The notes under the pieces are model-generated. The model was not told the DNA's origin. It worked only from the letters and a program-made list of their open reading frames with translations, and did not search any database. DNA of 64,000 nt from Octopus sinensis (taxonomy: Eukaryota): assembly GCF_006345805.1 (NCBI RefSeq), contig NC_042997.1:55676001-55740000 (forward strand), read 5' to 3'. The stretch's first letter is position 1; each line of letters opens with the position of its first letter. Below are positions 1 through 13,542 of this stretch, piece by piece. The position numbers and the translations under genes were made by a program.

Positions 1-189
1 AATCATTTTTGATTTGATTAATATGCGTCCAAAAAACAAAAATAAATAAAGATACGAGGAAATAAAAATAGTTCCTGGAGACTCTATGAGGGTCTACGAG
101 GATATATAACTTTATGAAATGACCAGTAATGACTATATTTAAATGAGTGGGCATATTTTTTCTCGACATAGGAATTGATCAGCAGTTCT

Positions 190-1907
190 TTCGAATACAT
201 ATAAGAAGTATGTTATTTCATATTTTAAGCCATGGTTGACTTAATAATATATCAGCTTTTCTGTATCTATAGTAACAGCTTAGGGGCGGAATTCATCATT
301 CGAATGGCCTTCGATAAGATATGGCATGTAAATTCCTTTGTGAGATGCTTTCTTATGGAATCCATTCAATTGATTCTTATTAGCTGGCTGGTTTTCTAGC
401 TATTTCACTCTATTAGTTGAATTCCATCTAAAAACAAAAATGAAGGTACATACAGAATTTCTGCAATTTTTATTTTTTCCAGTAATACACTTTTATCAAA
501 ATGAAGTAATCCAAATTTTAGTTGAAGTTAGGATACTACAGATATGCCATCAACATTACTGGGATAAAATATATTCTACAAAAGACTATTTTTCCTCTTA
601 GAAGAGTTTTCCTTGTTTTTAATATTGTGTCTACTTTCCCACACTAAGCCCTATGACTAATCTTTCTTTCTAGAGTGTCAGGTATCTGAAGTTCCTTTTT
701 AGACAAAATAATCTTTTCCTGCAGTTATCGGCTAACAAATCAACCTCAGAAGCTGTCTCGAATGATTTGAGAAGGTGATATTTCTGAACCATTTTTTCGG
801 GCCAAATCATTAAAAAGGAAAGAATACACTACTACCAACTTCCTCGTGTTGAATTTAGCATTAAATGTTCATTCGTTTTTAGTTCTTCCCTTAATTCCTC
901 AAACACTTTTCAGGGTCTTGGGGACATCATAAGTAATCTATTTAAAACCACTGCCAAAATGAAGTCGTGTGGGTTCCTGTTATTTTATTTCTTTTTCGCT
1001 TATTTTATGAAACTTTTAATTATTTGCTTCTGTAGATTTTTGAATTTGCTTTCACAATTCCAGTACAGTAAATAGGGAGCCTTCTCCTCACATGATAAAG
1101 TAATGCATGATACCAATCAACCAACGTTCTGAATAGTATGCAAATACATTCTTCACAAGAAGAACTTTATTGCAAGACGCCCAACAGCCAGACCTTCAAA
1201 CTTAGTTGAGCACTGAAAACCAAAATGTGAAAGAGCAAGAAGCTTTATAAAAATATGAACATGCAATTAGTGTGTGTACGGTCTTTTGCAAGATCGGTGA
1301 CTTTGATAAACTTATTGACAAGATATATTTACATTAATGACAATATTGACTCGATTTCTGCACGTATTCCAGGCTAAGAAATTCGTGTTACTACAAGCAT
1401 TGATGACTGGTTAAGTTTACGCAATGCATTAAATTTATGAAAACTTTCTCCAATACAGGTGATAATACTTACTTTATTCTAGAGAACTCATTTATCTTCA
1501 TGAAGATCGAATGTTTTGTGGTGGTTCCATGTTCAGTATTTCCATCTAACAAAGCAGCCTCTGCATGTTCGCTTCAGATACAAGAATAGCTGCCAACTTT
1601 CCCTCAAATTAAAATCTAGCGTCTTATATAAAGGACAGTTGATAATATTTTCCTTGATATCCAAATAAACGGAATGGTCATGGTTGGAACTCCTTTTGTC
1701 ATAAATTTTCTTGACCAAGATTGGCTTGATATTAATCACCAACACGTAGAAAAGGGAACTTAAATCTGAAGTTTGCTTTTGCTTTATTCTTCGTTGATAA
1801 TAAACAACAGAATAAAAAAGGAAACCACGTTTCTTGAGGGAATTTCTTTTCTTATTAGATGAAGAAGCAACTTCTGGGAAAGATCGTGAAACGAAGGCAT
1901 CCATCAT
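190..1907 (-). mobile_element. Highly degenerate hAT (Tip100/ZMYM1-like) transposase remnant
   Basis: Minus-strand fragments across frameshifts resemble hAT motifs in the correct order: HTIQNVG (H-x-LNL-like), VEY..VDGIS..KFGLL, then SKAIRMM..AVT and LKSTMA (dimerisation-domain ALRILLT.PVT / LRSTM). The N-terminal part is ORF 1533-1907. No TIRs identified. Confidence 0.45.
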
Positions 1908-3109
1908 GATATCTTAATAGTTTGAATGCATGAATTTGTAAGTGGCATGAGGGTATGCTATATTCAGGATTGACTGCTTTGGTTATTTCTCTGTTCTACA
2001 AATACAAATATACTTATTTTTCAAGCTTAAGATCTCTCCACTCATTTGAAATTCTTTTTAAATACCCTGAGAAAATGGAACTTAAATCCACAAATTTGGT
2101 GTTTGCTAACGAAAATATTTTGTCTTTTGTCGTGTAAGTTCGAATTTAATGAACTTTAATGTTTCCAACTAAGCAATAACATCGCTTTATATTAACTAAA
2201 TATTTTTCTTAAAAGTGAAAGCTGTCAAAAATGAATGCCTGAGAGCACTTTTCATTGTCAGAGATTAATCGATCTTTCCTTAGGTATGTGAGCGATATAC
2301 AAAGAGATATCATGTTTACTAGTAACATTTCATCCCCCTCTCCTCTATCTCCCCTCCTCCCCTCTCTCTCTCTCTTTCTCTCTCCGACGATGATGACGAC
2401 GACGACGAAGGGCTCTGCCCACAATTGTAAACTCTTCCTCACAGCATTACATTTATTCCTCCGTTTCGATTACTTCGATTGCTATTTGCTGACATTTACC
2501 ATTACTAGTTTCCTATATAGTATTCTACTATTTCATTGAGTGGTATACAGTTTTTGATTTATTCCCACTATATCTCCTCCTGTCACCATTCTGTAAAAGG
2601 ACGATGAAAGCAATGCCACGAAAACACATTCAAAAGCTGTCTACATGCTGTGTTGTCATAGCAATTTCCATAATCTAAGTTGTCGGTCCCGTGGGTCTAC
2701 AGTGAATACGGTTACGTATATTCCATGGCAAATCCCTTAAGCTAGATCACACAGCGATTCCTATTAGTCCGTTTGGTACATCTTGATTTTTTATTTTTTT
2801 TTTTTTACTCAGAACACTTTGGAGATTAATTCACCGCGTTATGAAACCTGTCCTGACCAACAAAACACACACGTCGCTTAATATTCTTCTTCGTGGAGAG
2901 GAAAGGGTGGTCATTGTATACATCCCTACGATGTATAAATGTCTCCAGTATACTATCATCTCAATATTGTTTACATTTGTTATTTTCAAATTCTTATCTC
3001 AAAGCAATTCTAATAGAAATATTGGTTGGGCATTAATGTGTCTCTGTCTAGAGATGTGTTCTGGGCATGCGGTGTTTAATGCTTATTTAAAGAATACAAA
3101 TGCATGTGT

Positions 3110-3824
<715 letters not shown>

Positions 3825-4124
3825 CAGGCATTCACAAAAGTACGCTTCCGCACACAGTCACATAGAAACAGTGATATACACAAATGTGTTAGCATCAAAT
3901 ACAAACAGACGACTCTTTTTCTATATGCTACTAATACGAGTATTGTTCCAAGGGGATTATGTCAGATAACGTGGGATTACGTTACCTATCCATCTTAAAA
4001 GATTAAGGGGCTCTATGGATAGCTTCAATGAACGTGACAACCATTTACCTATGAGAATCATTGGCACCGCTAGAACGGTTTCGTTTTGCTATTCTGCTTC
4101 GCCTTAAACATCTAATAGTCTAAA

Positions 4125-4440
4125 TTCTTCTTCTTCTTCGTCTTCTGCTACTACTGCTGCTGCTGCTCCAGCTGCTGCCACTATTGGTGCCACTGCTGCT
4201 CTGTTGCTGATGATAATGATGATGAAGAGGAGGAGGCTGATGAAGATAATGAGGAGGAGGAGGTAGAGGAGAAGATAGAATAGGAGAAGGGAAGGTAGTG
4301 GAGGGGAGGTAGAGGAGGGGGAGAAGACCACTGACAGCAATAACGATGGTGGTGGTGGTAGTGGTTGTGGTGGTGTGGTGGTGGTGTTGGTGATGGTGGT
4401 GGAGATGGTGGTTGTGGTAACGATGACAACAACAGTTAAT
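4125..4440. repeat. Compound trinucleotide low-complexity tract (CTT, CTG, GAT, GAG, GGT)
   Basis: Directly visible; explains the overlapping poly-S/P/H/T ORFs. Confidence 0.95.
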
Positions 4441-4634
4441 GGAGATGATTTCAATGTTGATGAAAACAGAGGGAACAATTTTGAACATGAATTTTGTTGA
4501 ATTAGCTTTTTCACTTGATTTAAACTAAAATTGGCATGCTGATTTCAAAACTACAGGTAGTTTTCTTACGTCAATTTTTTTTTTTTCTACTGCTTACTCT
4601 TTGAATAAGCATAATTTTATTGTTCATTCGGAAG

Positions 4635-5916
4635 TATTAAGTTGTTCCGAAAACAATGGCCGCTCGAAGTGTTGTTTTGAAACGCAATTTTATCATAGTA
4701 TTTTAATTATATTTTAGGTGAATTTCGACATACTTAATAATTGATGTATGCTCCTTAATAATTTTCTACTTTTTTTCTACTTATTTCAAACAGAAAACAT
4801 TCTCGGAGCATAGATGTCCTTAATTATGAACATGACAAAAAAGGACCTTCGCTTACTTTTCTTGCAATAGTTCAAGATTGGGCACAGTGCCTCCCAATAT
4901 CAGCAGAGCATGAGGAGAGGGGTCCACAAGTGATCACACAGTACGAAGGTGGTTTCAGAAATTCCGTAGTGTTGATTAGAGCCTTGAAGATGAAGAAGGG
5001 AGAGGATGGTCATGCAGTCTTGACAATGAACAATCGAAAGCAATTGTTGAACAAAACCCACATCAAATTCTCAGAGAAATGTTTCAGGCATTTGGTGTCG
5101 GTATTGCAATGGTCTCACACAATCTGCAGAAGATTGGTAAGGTGAAAAAGCATGATAAATGGGTAATGCATGAGCTCAAGGAAAATCAAAAAGTTCAGCA
5201 TTTTGAAGTGTGCTCGATGCTCTTTCTGTGAAACAACAATGATCCTTTTCTTGACCGAATAGTCACTTGTGACAACAAGTGGATCCTTTATGATAATCGT
5301 AAACGGTCAGGTCAATGGTTTAATCATGATGAGTCCCCCAAACATTTCCGAAAGCTGAAGTTTCATCAGCAAAAGACTATGGTGACTATCTGGTGGTCTG
5401 CAATTGGTATTGTCCATAACAGCTTTCTGGGAGCTAATCAGAACATTACAGCAGAGGTTTACTGCAATGATCTCGCTGAAATGCATGCTCACTTTAAAAA
5501 AATGACCTGCATTGGTGAATCGGCGTGGCCTAATTCTACTCCACGATAATGCAAAGCCACATGTTGCAAGAATGACGCTACAGAAACTCATTGACTTAAT
5601 ATACGAGACTTTACCACATCCACCGTATTCTTCTGATCTTTCACCCAATGACTACCATTTTGAGCATTTAAACACGTTTTTAAGTGATAAACCTTTCAGG
5701 TTCAAACCATGAGTGGAATCAGCTTTCAAAGATTTCTTGGCATCAAAGCCAATATGTTTTTATCAACGATGCATAAATAATCTCGTTGATCGATGGCAGG
5801 GATGCATAGATGTTCACGGCTCATACTTTGACTAATCAAAACATTTCTATTGTTAATTTTTTTCAGAATAACATTATGTTTCTGAAATCGGCCATTATTT
5901 TCAGAACAGCCTAATA
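4635..5916 (+). mobile_element. Full-length, decayed mariner (cecropia/Hsmar1-like) DNA transposon
   Basis: Imperfect TIRs (TTAAGTTGTTCCGAAAACAATGGCCG at 4637; reverse complement ending CAGAACAGCCTAA at 5914), TA at both ends, about 1.28 kb long. Confidence 0.95.
4826..5835 (+). pseudogene. Mariner transposase pseudogene (stops and frameshifts)
   Basis: Reconstructed peptide includes MTKKDLRLLF, TVRRWFQKF, IGKVKKHDKWVMHEL, PFLDRIVTCDNKWILYDN, ILLHDNAKPH, LPHPPYSSDLSPNDYH, GSYFD*. This is a D,D34D mariner architecture closely resembling Hsmar1. Confidence 0.93.
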
Positions 5917-5954
5917 ATTAGGGTGGTTACATGATTTTATTATTTTATTGACTG

Positions 5955-6405
5955 CACTGAGGAACATTTTCGAAAAAAATTAGTTGTCTTACTTTTACTT
6001 GGTTTGAAGGTGCTTGGTTCAGAAATGTCCACAGCAATTTTCCATCGCATCATGTATTTTATAATACGGGAATCCATTAAATGAAACCAAAAAAAAAAAA
6101 AAAACTAACTCAAGCCAAATAGTACTTGTAATTCTTTAACAAATAAATTACACAAAATGTTTGATTACACATCTTAGTATAGATATTTCTGTCAAATTGG
6201 TGTTTCAACTACTCAAGGAGTGAACTTTTTATTTGCTGCTTTGCGTGAATAACTTACGATAGTCTCTTTGCAGAGACCGGCAGTAGTCAGCCATCATGAT
6301 TGTGTTCCACTTACCTTCATTCCTAGTCTCCACAATCTCGATGTCTTGGTGGAACCGTTCTTCACCTATTGCACTATGGTTTTCAAGGAAGTATTCCAGG
6401 TGACT
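5955..6405 (-). mobile_element. Chapaev3-like (CMC) transposon 3' end: transposase C-terminus plus terminus
   Basis: 6405-6262 on the minus strand reads SHLEYFLENHSAIGEERFHQDIEIVETRNEGKWNTIMMADYCRSLQRD, matching the HLDFFPENLGAVSDEHGERFHQD...MLADYCW motif I associate with Chapaev3. A CAC-starting terminus (CACTGAGGAAC) lies at 5955. Confidence 0.65.
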
Positions 6406-7335
6406 ATATCTATATATTTGGTTATATACATATTTGTGTATGTATCTAAATGTGTCCCCTTTTTGCGTCTGAATGTCTGTGTATGTCTTTTTATTTGAAT
6501 AGTGTCTATTTACTTGCGATTTTGCTTTCCAGAATCAGATCCTGTTGTTATTTTTAAGATTAAAAGAATTCACCTGCTGCTAGATAATATATTCCTGCAT
6601 TTATCTACAGTGGTGACTCCAAATTCGTTTTCTTACCTCCTTAAACTTTTCTTTCATTTATTATGATATATCCATAATTGCATTGTCTTTTTTGTTGCCA
6701 CGCCAGGAGGTAATGTTTTGTACTGCTGATATCATTTAGATTACATAGATATGTTTGTTCTTCCCGTAGTTATTCAATTCTTTTTCTGCATTGCTGAGTT
6801 AAGATATTTTAATGAATCGCTTAAGCAAGCTAACTGCTGTCTGCAGTAGAATAACTGTTAGGCTGTTAGCGTGCCGAAATTCAAAAAGTTTCACTTCATT
6901 TCTTCCTGCACAAGACCAGAGATGTAATTTACTTGTAGGTCATTTACTTGCTTATTTTCAAGTCAAATCATTGAGCTTTTGCACAAGCTTACTGTCGAAA
7001 TTTATCGAAGTTCTAAAACCATTAAGCCAGTGAATGTTCTTTTCCCAATTTGACAAAACATTGATCTATTATAATTTTGTTTACACTGAGAATTCTTTGA
7101 CAGGGCTTAAACACGAGACTACAGATTCATTGCTGCTAGACAAACTGTCAAAAATATAGTCACTTCAGTATTCACGCTGGTGCTTTATCATAGTTTATCT
7201 ATCAAGTATTTTATTGATACCGGAGCAATGGAAGTCTAGATTTAAAGCAGAGGAGAAAATTATTCATACAAGTGATTGAATATGTGTAGGTATGTACATT
7301 GCAACTATTATTAAACATTAAACTGCTCAGTGGGA

Positions 7336-8118
7336 AACATCTGCAACACGAGTCTGATCTCTATCACAGCTTCATCGACTTCAAAAAGGCATTTGACCGT
7401 ATTTGGAACGATGGGTTGTGACAGGTGGCGAAGAATTACGACTTCGATACCAATCACTTCGAAGTAAGCCAAGCAGTGCAGTCCTCCTGAATAACATCGG
7501 AGAATTTTTCAGGACAACAGCAGGTATTCGACAAGGATGTTTTCTCTCTCCAGTGCTTTTCAATATCTTCCCGCGGAACACCATACAGGAGACACTTAAA
7601 CTTCACCTTTCTGTTTCCATTAGAGGACAGCCTATTTCCAACCTGCGTTTTGTTGATGATATTAACCTGTTAGGAAGCAGTAAAGAAAAACTACAGGAGC
7701 TCACTTCCAGTCTGGAAAAATATCAGCCCAGAAAAGAACAAAATAATGGTTAAGAATAACAACAACAAAAAAATCAACCGACATCATGTCAAATGGATAG
7801 ACTTGAAGTGGTCACCTCCGAGTACCTAGGAGTCACTTTGACCAAGAATAGCAGATATCAAAGGGAGATAATGACAAAACTCAGCTTAGCCTCTGCTCCC
7901 ATGACAAAGCTGAACAACATATGCGGATGCAATTTCATTAGTCTTCCCACAAGATTAATTATAAAAGACTCTAGTCACTTCGACACTTCTGTATGGATGT
8001 AAAAACTGGATTCTTAGAGCTAACATGGAGCGGAGAATCCAGGCATTTGGGTACAAGTGCTTCAGAAGGTTATTACACATCTGCACAAAGCACAAAACGA
8101 ACAGCTTTATCAGGTAGT
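7336..8118 (+). mobile_element. RTE-clade LINE reverse-transcriptase fragment
   Basis: FIDFKKAFDRIW, GIRQGCFLSPVLFNIF, ISNLRFVDDI, EYLGV, LLYGCKNW..RRIQAF; frameshifted. Confidence 0.85.
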
Positions 8119-8433
8119 AAGTCAACAAAGTATTAACATGCCTGAAGAGTAGAATTTGTTAAAAGGAATATTCTATGCAATTACTGGTAGCTGTTGTCAA
8201 GAATGAATCATTTCATAGACATATTTATTCTAATAGCGTGGTGTTAAAGAACCAATTGACTTCGATCTCATAGCTTCGAAGCTATGGAGAGATGGTACAG
8301 TACACTCATGTAGAATTAATCCGAGAGATTTTAATAGAGCAATTAAACAAACGCACAACGTTCTAGCAATACACGAGGAACTTACTGCTAGTATTTTCTT
8401 TTATTTTTTTGCTAATGTATTCCACATTTTTGC

Positions 8434-10091
8434 ATGTTCAAAAAATTATTTAGGCGAATACAAGTGCCCGAAGAAAGTAGCAAACTAGTCACATTCAATA
8501 GTGTGAAGTCGGCTCCAGAGTCGTTGAAAACCACTATGAAACATTTGTTTGAAAGATTGAAATACTTGTTTATCGTTATGGATGACATACAGGGATTTTT
8601 TGTATCAAAGTTGGAAATTACAAACTTCTGTATGGTATGTCATCCCTAACAGGAACAAACCATAAAGCCTTGATAAACATTTTGCTCAAACTGCTTTACG
8701 TAGCCCTTGTGGAAATTATTTCAAGTGTAGAATTATAATGCACTGTAAAATATATAATAGGGGGAGAGGTGGAGATTGCAGATGCGCTTAGTTGTGCAAC
8801 GTACGGCTGATCTTTGATACAGGGGACATACAATCCGATTGCCAACATTTCAGATGATTACTGCGCATATTGCTAAAATGAAAGCTATGACTGCTAAACA
8901 TAGTCAACTGGCTACATTAGAATAAGTTCAAGAATTACGCTATTACAGACGTAAATTAGAAGTTTCTGGAACTACAAGGATGACGTAACATAATTCCATG
9001 GGCTGGTATCTAAAAGCCAGAAAGTTTTGTTCCACGGATAATGAGAAGATTAATACTTAATGATATACACTAGTTACAATTAGGTCACTCACTTTGTCTA
9101 AAGAGAGCACAGGATTGCATTATTGACGTATGATGTGAGCAGAGACATCATTGTACAGGATGTGATATTTGTACCCGGCATCAATGAAACCAGCTAAAGA
9201 TTATCTTTTGAATCAGTTATATTGCCGGAGTTATCATTGTCAACAAGACCGGAAATTTTGTTTCAGAAAAAGAACGCTTAGTTTCGCATTCGTGTGGTCT
9301 ACTACAGTAGATTAATTAAATGACGTATACAACCAGACACAGAAAAAAAAAGAAAACAAACAATCTAAACACAGTAAAATTTCAATTATTTGTGTGGCAT
9401 GGAGTCTCGTGGAATTTGTCACAGTTGATTAGCTGCAATTTGACAGCAATGATTCAAAGAATTTTCGAAAATTTGTCAATTTAAGCAGAAAACTTCAAGA
9501 TATATATAAATATATTAACGGCATGTGTAAGAAAAATCAATGCAATTAAGATCAAATGATCCATGATTTTTTTTTATACAAGAAAGTACAGCTATGTCAG
9601 AGCATATATCTTCTGCTGCTTGGTTATTTGCTTGGAGAATGAGAATCTTACAGATTACTGCTAATCTCCTGTCAAAACATGGTACATAGGAAAGTTGGGA
9701 ATTTTGCAGAGAGTAATAATGGCTGAAATGCATAATGTATATGTACATATGTGATGGTATGTGAGCACACGCGATAGGTGACCAAATTTGTCCCCAGTAA
9801 AGAGATAAGAAATAGTGCGAATGAATATTAATGATCATGTCTGTTAGTCTTTAAGAGCGACCGAAAGAGTTCGTAGATGAAGTTATATCGTAATTGTTGG
9901 TGAAACAAAAGACACATATGTTAGCTATGTACAAGGGCCTCCTTTCAATAAACGACTTATTATCCAATGTTGACAGGTCAGCCGAAGTTCGTAATCTTGA
10001 TAATTCAGCAGAAACATATAAGCCAACAAACACTATTTCAACTACTGATGAAACTATCCTACCTCCAGACAAAGAGACAGTGATTCAATAA
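8434..10091 (+). mobile_element. Degenerate Gypsy-type LTR retrotransposon pol remnant
   Basis: RRIQVPEESSKLVTFNSVKSAPE...FIVMDDI (RT), IADALS-like (post-RNase H), LGHSLCLKRAQ..C..C (integrase zinc-binding region), RSYIV (downstream). The 3' boundary is uncertain and no LTRs were found. Confidence 0.55.
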
Positions 10092-10202
10092 AGTCTAATA
10101 AACATACTGCTGGCACAGTTACATGCAATTGAATAGCTGCAGACCATCCTACATTACATTGAATATCAATGTTAGATGTTTATCTAAATCTCGTATTGTT
10201 GA

Positions 10203-10998
<796 letters not shown>

Positions 10999-11485
10999 AA
11001 GAAATATGTTACAAAAAGAAAATAGAAACTACACGTGGTAATGTAAGGGGAAAGTAAGAAAAATCAACGAAAATGCACATTGTAAATAAAAAAAAGTAAA
11101 GGCTTTTTATGAAGAGTAACGTCAGATATATACAATTAGATGAACTGAGGTAGGAATAAAAGTAATGAAAGTCATGATTGTGAGATTATTAAAGAGATTC
11201 AAGTATAGCGGCGGTTTCGTAAGTTTCTATTCATTGCTTTGAATGAACGCGATATATATATATATATATATATATGAGAGGTAATGGTGTCAAAAAGACC
11301 CAAAGGTGTCAGGTAATACTGAGTAAGTGCTATGGACAGATTATAGTTAAGCTCCATGTTCGGTAATTCTGCGAATGAGGAGTCCAACTTAGGTCGAATA
11401 TCAGCATGCGTTTATATAAAAAAGGATTTAATAGAATGAGATAAAAATCCAAGGCTGTGAAAGATTTCAGAACATTTATAAATAG

Positions 11486-11533
11486 GTCTCACAGCTGTTT
11501 CCGGGATATTTTATATATCCCTTCATCGGAGAC
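11486..11533 (-). ncRNA. Minimal type I hammerhead ribozyme-like motif (variant core CCGAUGA)
   Basis: GTCT-C-CGATGA, stem II GGGATAT/ATATCCC, GGAAAC, palindromic ACAGCTGT, AGAC. The cleavage-site base is G in this copy, so it is probably inactive. Confidence 0.6.
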
Positions 11534-11703
11534 GGTGTGAGAAAATGGATAAGCAATAGTTATTCTAGATAAGATTTGAAATTGAGAGTGAAGTGGAGGA
11601 AAGAAAATAGACGTAAGATATGCAGGGTATTGTATCTGCAATTCCATTATTTAGGCAGAATGGTATTGTCTGGACTAATTATTGCTTATCCATTTTTCAC
11701 ACT

Positions 11704-11751
11704 GTCTACGATGAAGGGATATATAAAATATCCCGGAAACAACTGTAAGAC
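11704..11751 (+). ncRNA. Minimal type I hammerhead ribozyme-like motif
   Basis: GTCT-ACGATGA-A-GGGATAT ATAAA ATATCCC-GGAAAC-AACT-GTA-AGAC; stem I is GTCT/AGAC with a GUA triplet, and the core start is mutated. Confidence 0.55.
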
Positions 11752-11820
11752 CTATTTATAAATGTTCTGAAATCTTTCAGCCTTGGATTTTTATCTCATT
11801 CTGTTAAATTTATATATATA

Positions 11821-13145
11821 CTAGCAGAGATACCCGGCGTTGCCCGGTTACATTCAATTGAAGAATTAGACTTTTCTGTTATATCTTCTGTAATGAACTG
11901 GAATATCTATGTTTCGAATTTCATCAAAATTGCAGATGAGGGTTATTTCCCTTTTTACACACCCTAAAAAAATTGTAATCGTGCCACATGCATCCCACAC
12001 TAATGATTTTTATGCGCATATTTCAAAATTCCAGTCTTATTGAACCTGTTAAAAAGATTTTGCTCCTGAAAAATGAAGGTCATGGAGCTCTAAAATATGA
12101 GAGTTAAGGCTCCTGTTGGGGGTGGGCATCTTAATATCAACCAGAGAAGTTGAATTGTTGAAAATCTTTTAAACTTGGGTCTTATATCTATTGTTTGAAT
12201 TTCTTTGAAATAGGAAATATATGTTCAATGGGTTTGTAAAAGAGAGCAAAGCTACAGGAAACCAAAAGACGAATGATCACAATAAGCAGTCAGTTACCCT
12301 ACCCTAGTCGTTACCACACACAATGTAGGATTCCTCACCATCTATGTGACAGGCACAGCCGTAAGATGCATTACGAATCTATAGCAATTGGAAGGGCGTG
12401 ACCCAACTGAAATCAACATTAACAACTGTGTGACGTGAGGCCTAAGGAGAAATTAAAGTGTCACCTCTGGAGTTTGCAGATGACCACTATGCTGATACGT
12501 AACTGGACAGAATAAATTTAAAATCTATAAATGTCTTTGAATAAACAGTCACTCATCTGGCAAGGCCTTGAAATCAATGTTACCATCTGGGGACTATGTG
12601 TGACCGAGTGATAATAAAAAGACTGAAAGGAAGTCTGTAATCAAATAAATTTACTCAGCACTTTGCAACAGAATCAGTGGAGGCAAAGATGCCTCTCATT
12701 TACTTGACAGTTTATGCAACACATTGCAGAAATCACTATGTAGGTGTATGTCAAAGCAAAATGTTACACTGTTGTACCATTGAATTGGAAATAATGCCCA
12801 ACTTTTATGCTCGGGAAACCCTATAATTTCCAAGAGCACAACTGTATTCCTTTTTGCTTAGATAAAATGACAAAATTGTGGGTGTTAAGTCCCCATGGAG
12901 GGGTCTTTCTAACTTTGTAAGAAAATGAAATTTTATAAATATTACTTCATTTGTGTCTAATATCTATGGTTAAAATTTCATCAACAGCAAAAATATATGA
13001 ATTGTCATGGGGGTTATGGCCCTTATGCATAGAATATAATTTCCAAATTTTATAAAGATACATTCAGTACTTTTGACCTAGTTTGGATCATAAAAGAAAT
13101 GACTAAATTTTGGGAGTTAAGGCTCCCATTATAGTGTTATATAGA
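11821..13145 (-). mobile_element. Non-autonomous Helitron-like element
   Basis: The minus-strand 3' end is a GC hairpin (ACCGGGCAACGCCGGGT) followed by CTGCTAG then T; the 5' end runs into TC-starting (TCTA)n. No coding capacity. Confidence 0.65.
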
Positions 13146-13172
13146 TAGATAGATAGATATAGATAGATAGAT

Positions 13173-13243
<71 letters not shown>

Positions 13244-13270
13244 TACACACACACACACACACACATACAA
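13140..13270. repeat. (GATA)n(CA)n microsatellite
   Basis: Directly visible. Confidence 0.97.
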
Positions 13271-13542
13271 AGATAAATTGATAGATACAACTGAGTGGGC
13301 AAACAAAAATATGAGACACAGCCTAGTGCTTTTTTTATGTTGATAAGCTTAGTACTTATTCTATTAGTTTGTTCTTGTGAAACCAGTAAGTTAAGTGGAT
13401 GTAAATAAATGAACAGCAGTTGTGAAGCAGTGGTGATGGTAAAACACAAAGACAAAGACACACACATACACTTGTATATATATATACATACATATATATA
13501 CGATTGATTTGATTCAGTTCCTGTCTACGAAATCCATATATA

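Larger units (their letters stand above)
11426..11809. mobile_element. Inverted pair of Penelope-like terminal repeats (foldback, arms about 135 bp)
   Basis: 11426-11562 is the near-identical reverse complement of 11676-11809; each arm carries a hammerhead-like motif. Confidence 0.8.

Noticed and set aside
7320-7332. CTGCTCAGTG as the 5' TIR of the Chapaev3-like element
   Set aside because: Only a short partial match, with no matching TSD.
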